Shown here in pieces: positions 10,994 through 25,376 of a stretch of 64,000 nt of DNA; the stretch's first letter is position 1, and each line of letters begins with the position of its first letter. Location of the stretch: assembly GCA_963750165.1 (NCBI GenBank), contig CAVVPN010000011.1:832001-896000 (forward strand), read 5' to 3'. The position numbers and the translations under genes are program-made. The stretch comes from an uncultured Gemmataceae bacterium. GTDB taxonomy: Bacteria; Planctomycetota; Planctomycetia; Gemmatales; Gemmataceae. The notes beneath the pieces are model-generated. The model was not told where the DNA came from. It saw only the letters and a list, made by a program, of their open reading frames with translations, and searched no databases.

Positions 10994-11512
10994 CCGCGTT
11001 TCCCCCCGTAGAAGCCGGCAGAGCCAGCGTAACCACCCCCTTTTCGGATTGCAAGCAAGAACCACGGGGAACATACAAGCCACTCGAATCATCTCAAAAT
11101 CACTGAATGAAACCTCCCTGCCGGGGTGGTGATGCGCAGCCGAACCGGGGTCCGACTCCCCAGGTGTCCCGCTGAAAAAAACCGGGGAGTGCCGGGCCGG
11201 GTCGGGCGATGCCGGGGCAAGCCGATCCAGGCAAGGCTGCCAGGTGCGGGCTCGCGGGAACCTGGCAGCCTTGGCACCCTTTCTCGGGTTGGCAGCACCT
11301 GGCCCGGCCTGGCCACGTCCGGGGTCGTCGTCTGGCACCGCCACGGCCCGGCACCCCTGGCACCCTTTCCCGGCCTGGCAACCGCTGGCACACTTCGCCC
11401 TCCGCGGCGGCGCCGTCAAGGGGCCAGGGCGCCCGCCGGGCCATCGGAACTTTCGCCTCCCACCGCCATCCACGCAAATACTGTTTGTCTCCGGAAGGGT
11501 CAGGCACGGGGC

Positions 11513-11567
11513 TGGAGTTCACGCTTGAGCGTGGCGGGCGGGCCGGCACGCTCAAGCGTGAACTCCA
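11513..11567. repeat. REP-like 21-bp perfect inverted repeat
   Basis: TGGAGTTCACGCTTGAGCGTG (11513-11533) and CACGCTCAAGCGTGAACTCCA (11547-11567), each arm itself partly palindromic; just downstream of the esterase gene. Confidence 0.8.
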
Positions 11568-11613
11568 ACCCCGACCCCCGAACCCTTCCAGAACCGACTG
11601 TTATCGAGTTGCC

Positions 11614-15339
<3,726 letters not shown>

Positions 15340-15363
15340 TGCCGTCGTGCCGACCGGGGCGAA

Positions 15364-15379
15364 AATATGTATACGCATT
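15364..15379. promoter_or_regulatory. Possible MarR operator (AT-rich imperfect palindrome)
   Basis: AATATGTATACGCATT, about 25 bp upstream of the marR start. Confidence 0.35.
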
Positions 15380-16424
15380 AAACCCCGGCATCTTACCCGA
15401 CCGGTGGCCAAAGTCCACTGAAAAATCGGGGGTGATGGAAACAGGCCGGGGAGCAATTCCCGCGGCGGTCGCGGGCGGCGACAGCTACCCGTTGCAGACG
15501 GGGAACGGGGGAACCCTCCCCACGCTCACCGTGGCGGTGGGTGAGTCGCGTGAATCGAGCCAGTGGAAGCAAGCCCTGCTCTCCTGGTCCCGTCCCAGTC
15601 CTCCCTTGCCGCGGGGACGACCATTCTCGTTCAAACCCTGGGGAGCCTGACCCCACCGGGACGTCTCCGTGACAGGCGCCTGCGCCTGGGCAAGGCGGCG
15701 ATTCCTGGGAACAACGGTTCCTGGCCTTGGCCGAGCACCACCCCGACCACAACTTCCAGGCCGCCGAGGGGCTCCGCAAGGCCGTCCAAACGACCGACGT
15801 TTCGGGGTCTGCCTGACCTGGGAGAGCGGTTTGAGATTCGCCTACTTCGGACGGAAGCCGAGAAAGTCCTGAACACGGCGCCGGTATGCGGCCCAAGGAA
15901 CGGACGCTAGACTCCGGGGAAACAAGCAGCCGCAACAGAGTTGAGAGTTGCCATGCGAAGAACGATCGAACTTGTACTTGGCCCAACGAATTGCTATCCA
16001 CCTTGCGCGCGTCGGTCCGCTCCACGAATGGCGCTAGCTTAAGCGAAAAACCGTCACAATGGAGAAGATGGGCAGCTACCCATTTTGCCCAGCTTCTCGT
16101 TTTCGCCCTTAAGCTACGCGCCATTCGTCCGCTCCACCTCCGTACGAATCGCGGTTCCGCCAATCTGCGGCGGTCACATCGGCCGACGCAGCGATCAGCT
16201 CTGTAGCCGAATCGCCCCCGATCATTTCGATGAGGGGCTCAAACCGTGCGGAAATCCTCAGGTTGGACTATTGATCTGATAGGATTGGTGATAGGAAACG
16301 CTGCCGAAAACAGCCATTTCCTGCGGAATCCTATCAAAAGCAGTCGTTTTAACCTTGTTGTAAACTATATGATGACAACATCTTATGTCATGTAATTTGA
16401 ACAGGCGTTTAGAGGATTGACTGC

Positions 16425-16467
16425 CTGAAAATCCTTAGGTCGCCGGTTCGATCCCGGCTCTGTCCAC
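16425..16467 (+). pseudogene. 3' fragment of tRNA-Phe(GAA), probable att core of an integrated element
   Basis: CTGAAAATCCTTAGGTCGCCGGTTCGATCCCGGCTCTGTCCAC gives the anticodon loop, T-arm (GGTTCGATCC) and acceptor 3' strand. No D-arm or matching GGACAGA 5' end lies upstream. Confidence 0.8.
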
Positions 16468-16472
16468 TACGC

Positions 16473-16504
16473 AAGGCCATGAGTCCACGAGACTTATGGC
16501 CTTT
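16473..16504 (+). terminator. Hairpin after the tRNA fragment
   Basis: AAGGCCATGAGTC-CACGA-GACTTATGGCCTT followed by TCCCTTT. Confidence 0.55.
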
Positions 16505-17666
16505 CCCTTTCGCCCCGCTCTGGGCGGCCGTTCACTCTATTTTACTGCGATTCCATACGGATTTCAATGAATTCTGTACGGATTGTGTACGGCTGAACCG
16601 CACTTTCCCTGCTCTAAATCCTGCCTGACAGGTGCTGCGTTCAGAATTCCGTGCGGAACATTGTCCCCCGCTCGTCCCCCAATCCGTTCAGAATGACCGG
16701 ATTCTGTACGGCGGTCGCCGCCTGTCACTTTCCCCTGCATCGCCTCCCCTTTTTCTCCGGCTCCGCCGCGGGCTGGGCCTCGTTCACCTCCACCTCCGGC
16801 GTCGGCTCTTCCTGGGCTTCCCGCTTCTGCCGATCCAGTTCCTCCCGCAGCGGATGACCGGGCGGCTCGCTATGCGACGTGCTTCCATTCCTCGATGGAA
16901 TCGTCCATGATACACCCTCCACATTGAACCGTGGAGGGAGCCTGGCGATACTTGTGGAAACACGCAAGCGTTAGGCTCTCATGACTTTAAGGTGTCCGCA
17001 TGGAACCGCTGCACTACCTACTGATCGCCGACGCCGTCATCGCGCTCGTCGTCCTCCTGTGGCCACGCGGCCGGTGCGTCCGACGTTGGCGCTGGTCGTT
17101 CCTCCGCTCGGTCGCGAGGGCCACACTCAAGGCTACCCGACGGAACTCTTCGCTGACCGGCCGCCCGGTCAGAGATCGACCCGAACGAGCGGTGCCGATC
17201 CCTGCAAAACGCGCGCGTCTGGCGCCTTTGTCTGTTTCGGCGTGCAGGTCGATTGGCTGCCCCCGCGTGTCGAACCGTGCGCGCCAACTTCTACCCCGCA
17301 GCCTGACATGGTGTTTGCTTCCCGAGAAAACGGTAAACTGCTCTTCGCGACGTCGCCTGCGAACCCCAACCGCGGCCTGGCCCGGACGGTCGGAGGCCAC
17401 GAAGGCAGCGGCACCGGCATCCATGGCGGTCACCCTGGCCGACGCCGAATGGGAGCATATGCTCGGCGCCCTCCGCGAGGTGGGGTGCTGGTCGGCCTGG
17501 AGTGGGCGCGGCCCGCCTGGGGATGAAGCGCTGCACGCTGTTCAAGAAGCTGAAGTAGCTCGGCATCTCCCGCCTCTCCCAGAAGCGCCGCGGACCACGC
17601 GCAGGCCGCCGAGCCCGGCGATGAGCTGTTAAGTGATCAACCCTGTGCCGTACCCTGACCTGATAC

Positions 17667-20600
17667 TCACCGCGGCGTTTGGGCACGGCGGAGCAGGGCG
17701 GCAACCTCCTGCCAAAAAGCGAGACACGTGGCGCGCTCATTCGGGGGCAGTTGCGCGAGTGCGTCCGGTTCGCGCAGCCCCGCCAGGTCGGTGTGGGCCT
17801 GCCAGTGCTGCAACACGCGCCGGACCCCGGCGCTGGTCTGGGCGTCGCCGCGGTCGAGCGCCCAGCCCCACCCGGTGAGGTCTGCGCGGAGCCAGTCCAG
17901 AGCCTGCCGCCGCCAGCGGGCGCGTTCCTCGTCTGCCAACCGGGCCGCGTCCTTGCCGCGACCACAGCCCGCCAGCGCCGCGGCACAGGCGGCGGTGTAG
18001 CGCAGGCCCGCCACGCCCGCGGCCACCTGGGGGGCCGCGGCGAACGCATCGCGGTAGAAGCGCACCGCGGCGGCGTGGTGCTGCTTCAGCCGGCACATTT
18101 GGGCGAACTCGATCTGCTCGGCCGCGCCGGCCGGCTGCGCCGTCCCCCCCAGGACGGCGGGGAGCCTGGCGTCCAGGTCCACGAAGCGCCGACAGGTGCG
18201 CTGCATCGGTTGCAGCTGCTCCCGGAGCGGGGACGGCGCCGGTAACAACTCGTCCGCCTTGGCTAGCGCCGCGGCCGCCTCGTCGAACCGGGCCTGCCGC
18301 AGCAGCGCGGCGCCAAGGTTTTGATACGCCTGGCCGGAGTCCGGCTGCAGCCGGACCACCTGGCGGAAGGCCGCCTCCGCCGCGCCGTACTGCCCCTGCT
18401 GGAACAGCGCGCTGCCGAGGTTGAGGTGCGCCGCGGCGAAGGTGGGTTCCAGGTCGGCGGCCTTGCGGAAGGCCGCCGACGCCGCGCGGTACTGGCCCTG
18501 CGCCATCAGGGCGTCGCCGAGGTTGTAGTGCGCCAGGGTGAGGTCGGGCTTGAGGTCGATGGCCTTGCGGAAGGCCGCCGCCGCCGCGGCGTACTGCCGC
18601 CGTTTGTGCAGGGTGACTCCGAGCTGGACGAGGGTCTCGACCCACTGAGGCTCGAGGTCGAGGACCTGACGGAAGATCGCCTCCGCCGCGTCGTAGCGCT
18701 GCTGACAAAACAGGGCGATGCCCAGGTTGTAGTGCGCGTGGGTGAAACCGGGTTTGAGCTTGAGCGCCTTGCGGTAAGCCGCCTCCGCCGCGCCGAACTG
18801 GCTCTGACGCAGGAGTGCGCTGCCGAGGGTGTTTTGGGTGAAGGGGTCGTCGGGCTGGAGGCCGAGGGCGCGGCGGCAGGCGTCCTCCGCCGCGGCGTAC
18901 CGCCTCAGGCGCAGCAGGACGCAGCCGAGGTTGCCGTGGGCCCCGGCGAACTCGGGCTGGAGGCTGACGGCCCGGCGGCAGCCCGCCTCCGCCTCGGCAT
19001 ACTTCCCTTGACCCAACCGGGCGACGCCGAGCAGGAAGTGGAGCGCGGCGTTGTCGTCGTGCGCCCGCCGGCGGACCAGATCCTCCAGCACCTCCGCCGC
19101 CTCGTCCGTCTTGCCGGCGGCGAGCAGCGCCCGGCCCAGGGCAAGGCCCAGGTGCGGGCGCCGGCTGCGCGCCGCCGTGTAATACCCGATGGCGTCCGCG
19201 AGCCGGGACTGCCGGTCCAGCAACTTCCCCAGGGCGCTGAGCAGGACCACCTGCTCCGGCCGGGCCGTCGCCGCCTGGCGCAGCACTTGCTCCGCCCCCG
19301 CGATGTCCCCCACGGCGGCGCACGCCTCGGCCAGGGCCACCACCGTCAGGGCCGGCTCCGTCCGGGGGTCGATCTCGCGGCGCAGCTCCCGCAAGGTCCG
19401 CCAGGCGCTGCCGTGCGGCAACTCCCACAGCGCCGGCCAGGGCGCCCCCACCCCGACCACCCCGGCCACGCCGTCGGCGCGCGGCGGCGCCGCACCGACC
19501 AGCAGCGCCCGCAGCCGCCGGCGCTGCGCGCTGCCGTCCAGCTGGTCCGCCACGCGCGCCAGGCGCCGCCACTCGGCCTCGGGGCGCTGCCGCCGCCGCT
19601 CCAGCATCCAGCCGTCCAGGCCCGCGACCAGTTCCTGCACCGCCAGGTCAGGCTCCGCCGCCAACCGGGCGACCGCCTCCGCCTCCGGCGTGCCGTCCAC
19701 GTCCAGGCCCCAGCGGCGGAACGCGGCGGCGTACTGGGCGTCCGCGCTGGGCGGGGCCAGCACCATCGGTTCGCCCGCACGGCCGGCGAGGTAGGCAACG
19801 GTCTCGTGCGGCACCGGCACGTCCTGGAGTGCCACCAGCAGGGCGCGCGTCTTCTCCGTCCGTTGCAGCCGCCCGGCGGCCTCCTCCCGGAACGCCTCGG
19901 CCTGCCGCCGCACGGCGTCGCTGGCCCCGCCGCGGCGGGCCAGCTCCGCCGCCCGGTCAGCCTCGCTCCGGGCCTGGGCCAGCTGCACCGGGTCCACCGC
20001 CTGCCAGCCTTCGTCGAGCAGGCCACGCGCCTTCGTCAGGGCGGCGCGGACTTCCCGGTCGGTCTGCGCCTGCCGCTCCTGGGCGATGACCTGTTGTCGG
20101 TAGAGCAGCCAGGCGCCGGCGGGCCCGAGGACCGCGTGCAGCGCCACGGCGACCAGCAGCCCCGTCAGCGCCGGCCGGCGCCGCACCCATTTGCACGCGC
20201 GCTCCGCCGCGCCGACCGGCCGCGCCAGCACGGGCTCGCCGCGGAGGAATCTCTGCAGGTCCTCCGCCAGCCCGCGGGCGCTGGCGTAGCGGCGTTTCGG
20301 CTCCTTGGCGAGGCACTTCAGGCAAATGGTCTGCAGGTCGCGCGGCACGCCGGGGTTCAGCCGCGCCGGCGGCACCGGCTCGTCGGCCAGCACCAGCTGC
20401 AGCGTCGCCGCCCCGCTCTCGGCGCGGAACGGCGGCCGGCCCGTGAGCAGCTCGTACAGGATCGCCCCCAGCGCGTACACGTCCGTGGCCGGCCCGAGGG
20501 TGTAGCTGTCGCCGCGCGCCTGCTCGGGGGCCATGTAGCTCGGCGTGCCCACCGGGGCGTCCCTGAGCGTCAGCCCGCCGTCGCCTTCGAGCCGCCGGGC

Positions 20601-21266
20601 CAGGCCGAAGTCCGTCACCTTGGGCGTGCCGTCCGCGGCGAGCAGGATGTTGCCCGGCTTGAGATCGCGGTGCAGGATCCTGCTCTGGTGCGCCACCTCG
20701 ATCGCGTCGGCCAGCGTCGCCACCAGGGCGGCGGCCGGTCGCGCCGGTTGCGGGGTGCCCTGGATGTGCTCGGCCAGGCTGCAGCCCTCGACCAGTTCCA
20801 TCGTGAAGTAGGGCCGGCCGTCCACGTCGCCGGCGTCGTACAGCTGCACGACGTTGGGGTGGCGCAGCGCGGCCACCGCCTCCGCCTCGCGCTGGAACCG
20901 CTCCCGGTCGGCCGGCTCGGCATAGGCGCCTGCCAGCAGCATTTTCAGGGCGACGGGGCGGTTGAGGCGCAGGTGCCAGGCCCGATAGACGATGCCCATG
21001 CCGCCGCGGCCCAGCACCCCCTGCACGTCATAGCCGGGCACCTGGGGCAGAGCCGTGCCCGCCGGCGGCAGCGCCTGCGGGCTCCCGCCCTGCTCGGGCG
21101 AAGCCGGGAACAGCGCGTCGAGTTCTGCCTGGAGGCGGTGGAGCTTCTGCCACCGGTCGCGGACCTGGGGCAGCAGCTCGGGGCAGGTCGCGCACACCTC
21201 TTCCGGCGTCGCTTGCGCGTTGAGCAGCTCATCGAACAGTTGCCGCAGGCGTTCGTCGTCGGTCAT
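17667..21266 (-). CDS. Hanks-type Ser/Thr protein kinase with TM helix and TPR repeats
   Basis: LGRGGMGIVY, VALKM, HRDLKPGN, DFGLAR, GTPSYMAPEQ, a hydrophobic segment and multiple TPRs. Start MTDDERL. Confidence 0.92.
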   Translation of the reverse strand: MTDDERLRQLFDELLNAQATPEEVCATCPELLPQVRDRWQKLHRLQAELDALFPASPEQGGSPQALPPAGTALPQVPGYDVQGVLGRGGMGIVYRAWHLRLNRPVALKMLLAGAYAEPADRERFQREAEAVAALRHPNVVQLYDAGDVDGRPYFTMELVEGCSLAEHIQGTPQPARPAAALVATLADAIEVAHQSRILHRDLKPGNILLAADGTPKVTDFGLARRLEGDGGLTLRDAPVGTPSYMAPEQARGDSYTLGPATDVYALGAILYELLTGRPPFRAESGAATLQLVLADEPVPPARLNPGVPRDLQTICLKCLAKEPKRRYASARGLAEDLQRFLRGEPVLARPVGAAERACKWVRRRPALTGLLVAVALHAVLGPAGAWLLYRQQVIAQERQAQTDREVRAALTKARGLLDEGWQAVDPVQLAQARSEADRAAELARRGGASDAVRRQAEAFREEAAGRLQRTEKTRALLVALQDVPVPHETVAYLAGRAGEPMVLAPPSADAQYAAAFRRWGLDVDGTPEAEAVARLAAEPDLAVQELVAGLDGWMLERRRQRPEAEWRRLARVADQLDGSAQRRRLRALLVGAAPPRADGVAGVVGVGAPWPALWELPHGSAWRTLRELRREIDPRTEPALTVVALAEACAAVGDIAGAEQVLRQAATARPEQVVLLSALGKLLDRQSRLADAIGYYTAARSRRPHLGLALGRALLAAGKTDEAAEVLEDLVRRRAHDDNAALHFLLGVARLGQGKYAEAEAGCRRAVSLQPEFAGAHGNLGCVLLRLRRYAAAEDACRRALGLQPDDPFTQNTLGSALLRQSQFGAAEAAYRKALKLKPGFTHAHYNLGIALFCQQRYDAAEAIFRQVLDLEPQWVETLVQLGVTLHKRRQYAAAAAAFRKAIDLKPDLTLAHYNLGDALMAQGQYRAASAAFRKAADLEPTFAAAHLNLGSALFQQGQYGAAEAAFRQVVRLQPDSGQAYQNLGAALLRQARFDEAAAALAKADELLPAPSPLREQLQPMQRTCRRFVDLDARLPAVLGGTAQPAGAAEQIEFAQMCRLKQHHAAAVRFYRDAFAAAPQVAAGVAGLRYTAACAAALAGCGRGKDAARLADEERARWRRQALDWLRADLTGWGWALDRGDAQTSAGVRRVLQHWQAHTDLAGLREPDALAQLPPNERATCLAFWQEVAALLRRAQTPR

Positions 21267-21274
21267 CGCACGGC

Positions 21275-24200
21275 TCACTTCGTTGATTGGGCCCGACGCA
21301 GCAAGGCTGCAACCTCTTGCCACAGCGCCAGGCATTCCTGTCGTTCGGCCGGAGGCAATCTCTCCAGGGCGTTCGAGTCGCGCAGCCCGGCCAGGTCGGG
21401 GTCATCCCGCCAAGGCGCCAACGTCTTCCGAGCATGGATGCGATCCGCCTCCGTGCCGGTGTCCACCTTCTTGGCCCACGCGGCCATGTCGTGTCGCAAC
21501 CAGTCTCGCGCCTGTTTGCGCAACCCCGCCAGCTCCGGCTTCCCAAGCCCGGCGACGTCGTCGCCATGACCGCTGCCGGCCAGGGCGGCGGCACAGGCGG
21601 CGTTGAACCGGTGCCCGGGCGCAGGTCCTCGGTCAATTGGGGTGTGGCCGCCAGCGCCTCGGCATACAGGCGTGCGGCCGTGGCGTAGTGCTTCTTGACG
21701 AAACAGAGTTCCGCCAGGTCGAGGCAGTCGTCGTCGGCGGGCTTCTTTCCCTGGACGACGGCGGGGAGACGACCTTCCAGGGGCGCAGGCGCTGGCAACG
21801 CTTCAGTTGGCCTTCCAGGTTCGCTCGGAGCTTCTTTTCGCTCGCGGGGAGGAAGTCGAGGCTCCGCCGGATCTCGGCCTCGGCCTCGGTGAACTCCCGC
21901 CGGGCGAGGAGTGCCTGGCCCAGCGCCCCATGGGCCAGGGCGAATTGCGGCTCCAGCCGGACGGCGTGGCGGTAGTGGCCGATGGCTTCCTTCAGTCGGG
22001 CTTCGTCCTGCGAGGGAATGCGGAGCGCGTTACGGGCCGGGGCCCACTTCGGGTCACAGTCGTGGACGTGCCAGTACCAAGCGACCGCCTCACCCTGGGC
22101 TTGACCACGGAACCACTCGAGGGATTTCACGCCATTCGGGTAGCAGTCGTCCACCTCGTCCCGCCGGCCCTTTGCGAGCAGGGCGACACCGAGCGCGTGG
22201 TGGGCCTGGGCCCAATCGGGGTCGAGCGAAAGGGCCTGCCGGTAGTGGTCGATCGCCTCGTTGAGGCCTCCCGAACCGGCCAGGATTTCGCCGAGGTTGA
22301 AACGGGCGGGGGCCAACCGGGGATCGATCTCCAAAGCGTCCCGGTACATCAGCGCCGCCGTTGCCCAATCGCCCTTGACTTTCAGGGCCACGCCGAAGTT
22401 GTTGAAGCCCGGGGCGAACCGGGGATCGCTCTTCACCACCTGATGAAAGACGGTAAGGGCCCCGGGCGGCCCTCCGTCTCGCTCATGGTCCCACACCCAG
22501 TACTTGTCAAGCAGCACGACGCCGAGGTTGTTCAAAACGGCGACCGCTTGCGGGCGGATTTCCAGGGCCTTCTGGTAATAGGCCAGCGCCGGTTTGGGGT
22601 CACCCCCCGGACGCCTTTCCGCGCCGTGCAGGGCCAGGGCCAGCGTAAAGTTGGCCCAGAAGTCCTCGGGTTGTTGCTCCCGGACGCGTCGGAGAAAGCC
22701 GACCCCGTCCTCCCCGGTCGCGGAAAGCCGTTCGCCCAGCGCCAGGGGCAGCGGGACGGGCTGCTCCGCCAGCGGCGCCGTCCGCGCCAGCTCGGCCAGG
22801 GCCTTCCCATCCCTCCAGGCCGCCGGGTCGCGCACCCGGTCGCGCCAGGCGTTGGAGTCCGCCCGGCGTGCCACTCCCAGCACCCAATCCTGCCGGGTCG
22901 GATCGGCGGCACAGACCGCCCAGTCGTCCAGCGCGGCGACAAGGTGGGCGGCCCATTTGGAGGCCCGGACGCGCGCCGCGACCCGCTCCGGGTCGTTGGC
23001 AGGCTCGCCCAGCCCGTGGTCCCGAAAAGCCTCGGCGTAGTCCCGATCTGCCCGGGCCCTGTTAAAGCGCAGCAGGGCACCGTGGCCCTGCTGCCCTTCG
23101 ACGAGGGTGAATCGGTTCATGCGGATCGCCTCGAGCCGGACCAGGAATTGGTGGTCGCGGCGGGCCGCCTCCACAACCGGGTACAGCCAGAACGGCCCGC
23201 CGTCGCCGAGCCGGGACCGGGCCCGCTCCAGTGCGGCGCCGGCCTCGGAGAAGGCCGACTGCTGCTGCAACCGGTCCGCCTCCCGCAAGTCCGCCTCCAC
23301 CGCCCGCGCGATGAGAATCCACTGCCCGATCAGCCAGCCCGCGCCACCAAGCACGGTGGCCGCCACCAACAAGGCGCCGACGAGCAGCGCCGCCGCCGCC
23401 GGGCGACGCCGCGCCCACCGGGCGAGGCGCTCCGGCGGCCCCGCCGGGCGTGCCGCGATAGGCTCCCCCCGAAGGAACCGGCGGAGGTCTTCTGCCAGTG
23501 CGGCGGCGCTGGCGTAACGCCCTGGCGGCGCCTTGGACAAGCACTTTAGGCAAATGGTTGTCAGGTCGCGCGGCACCTGGGGATTCAACCGCGCCGGCGA
23601 CACGGGCTCGTCCGTCAGCACCTGCTGGAGTGTCGCCGCCCCCGAGTTGGCGTTGAAGGGGGGCCGGCCTGTCAGCAGCTCGTACAGGATCGCCCCCAGG
23701 GCGTACACGTCCGTGGCCGGCCCGAGGGCACGGCTGTCGCCGCGCGCCTGCTCGGGGGCCATGTAGTTTGGCGTGCCCAGCGGCACGCCGCTGAGCGTCA
23801 GCCCGCCGTCGCCTTCCAACCGCCGGGCCAGGCCGAAGTCCGCCACCTTGGGCGTGCCGTCCCTGGTGAGCAAGATGTTGCCCGGTTTGAGATCACGATG
23901 CACGATCCCGCTCTGATGCGCTGCGTGAATGGCTTCGGCCAGCGTCGCCACCAGTTCAGCCGCCTGGCGAGCCGGTTGGGGAACCCCCTGAATTTGCCTG
24001 GCCAGGTTGCCGCCCTCGACCAGTTCCATCGTGAAGTAGGGCCGGCCGTCCACGTCGCCGGCGTCGTGAACCTGCACGATGTTGGGGTGGCCCAGCGCGG
24101 CGACCGCCTCCGCCTCGCGCAGGAACCGCTCCCGCTCCGCCGGCTCGGCGTAGGCGCCGGCCAGCAGCATTTTCAGGGCGACCGCGCGGTTGAGGCGCCG

Positions 24201-24494
24201 GTGCCAGGCCCGGTAGACGATGCCCATGCCGCCGCGGCCCAGCACCCCCTGCACGTCATAGCCGGGCACCTGGGGCAGGGCCGTGCCCGCCGGCGGCAGC
24301 GCCGGCGGGCTCCCGCCCTGCTCGGGCGAAGCCGGGAACAGCGCGTCGAGCTCTGCCTGGAGGCAGTGGAGCTTCTGCCACCGGGCGCGCACCTGGGGCA
24401 GCAGCTCGGGGCAGGTCGCGCACACCTCTTCCGGCGTCGCTTGCGAGTTGAGCAACTCGTCGAAGAGTTGCTGCAGGCGTTCGTCGTCGGCCAT
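21275..24494 (-). CDS. Hanks-type Ser/Thr kinase with TPRs (paralog); frameshifts near 21780 and 21615
   Basis: Same kinase motifs. The C-terminus continues in ORFs 21229-21798 and 21275-21523 (…RKQARDWL…DPDLAGLRD…ECLALWQEVAALLRRAQ), homologous to the neighbouring kinase. Confidence 0.88.
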
Positions 24495-24512
24495 CGCGCG
24501 GCCCTCCCAACT

Positions 24513-24576
24513 TGACACGGTGACAAGGTGAAAGACGAGTATACTCATTCACCTTGTCACCTTGTCACCGTGTCAC
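24513..24576. repeat. Octamer-based palindromic intergenic repeat
   Basis: TGACACGGTGACAAGGTGA ... TCACCTTGTCACCTTGTCACCGTGTCA. Confidence 0.65.
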
Positions 24577-25175
24577 CCGACGTCCGGGCGGAGGTCGTCC
24601 AGCGTGTCGAGCAATAGTTGCAGGCCCCGATTCAGCCGCCGGTTCACCGTCGCGGTCGAGACGCCGAGCACCTGGGCGGCCTCCGCATGCGTCAGCCCCT
24701 GAATCCTCACCAGGTCGAACGCCTCGCGCTCCTGCTCCGGCAAGTCGGCGATCGCGGCGAGCATGCGGCGGGAGCCCGGCGTGAGCCCCGAGTCGCTGCT
24801 GGCCGGGGCGGCCACCAGCGTCTCGTTCAACTCCACGGCGGCCGGCTGTCCATCTAAGCGGCGGGCCATGTCATTCAGTTCCCAGCGCAGGTGCTGGCAG
24901 GCCAGGGAAAAGAACTGGCGGGGGTTCGCCGGGCGGGCCGCGCGGAGGGCCTTGAGCAGCCGCTCGACCACCGCGCCGAGCAGTTCCTCCGCCTGCACGT
25001 TCAGCGGCGGCCGCGTCAGGCGCGGGTAGCTCCGGTGCAGGAGCGCGGCGCAGAGCTGGTGCAGCCGGCGGACCGCCCGGTCCAGCAAGGCGCGGACGGC
25101 CTGCTCGGCGGGCGCGTCGCCAGCCAGTTCGTCCAGGTAGCGCTGGACGACGACTGTGGTGCGTTCCTCGTGCAT
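24573..25175 (-). CDS. ECF-type sigma-70 factor (planctomycete kinase-associated type)
   Basis: Region 2 (LLGAVVERLLKAL...RWELNDMARR) and region 4 (LPEQEREAFDLVRIQGLTHAEAAQVLGVSTATVNRRL). Co-oriented directly upstream of the two kinases. Confidence 0.88.
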   Translation of the reverse strand: MHEERTTVVVQRYLDELAGDAPAEQAVRALLDRAVRRLHQLCAALLHRSYPRLTRPPLNVQAEELLGAVVERLLKALRAARPANPRQFFSLACQHLRWELNDMARRLDGQPAAVELNETLVAAPASSDSGLTPGSRRMLAAIADLPEQEREAFDLVRIQGLTHAEAAQVLGVSTATVNRRLNRGLQLLLDTLDDLRPDVG

Positions 25176-25211
25176 GGGGTCTCTCCTGCCGGGAAGCAGC
25201 GATGTCAGACG

Positions 25212-25220
25212 ATTATACCA
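25212..25220 (-). promoter_or_regulatory. Extended -10 promoter element for the ECF gene
   Basis: Minus strand TGGTATAAT, about 40 bp upstream of the ECF ATG. Confidence 0.5.
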
Positions 25221-25223
25221 GGG

Positions 25224-25270
25224 GCCGGTGCAACACCGCCACGCTTAGGTGGTCGTTGGGGAGGGAACCG
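25224..25270 (+). promoter_or_regulatory. Conserved upstream motif, copy 1 (candidate ECF-dependent promoter or operator)
   Basis: 41/47 identical to 32093-32139. Confidence 0.6.
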
Positions 25271-25376
25271 ATAGCTGGCCGCGGGCCAGCGGATTACTGG
25301 ACGAAGGACGGTCGGGCCGGCGAGAGTTTGCGTCTCGCCAGGATTTGTTCGTCAGGAACCTTGAGAGGAGACTCCC

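Noticed and set aside
16390..16470. Intact tRNA-Phe gene
   Set aside because: The 5' acceptor strand and D-arm are missing, so only the 3' half is present.
15400..17640. Small ORFs around the att site (15393-16163, 16725-16967, 17000-17632)
   Set aside because: No recognisable domains and signs of decay; not supportable as genes.
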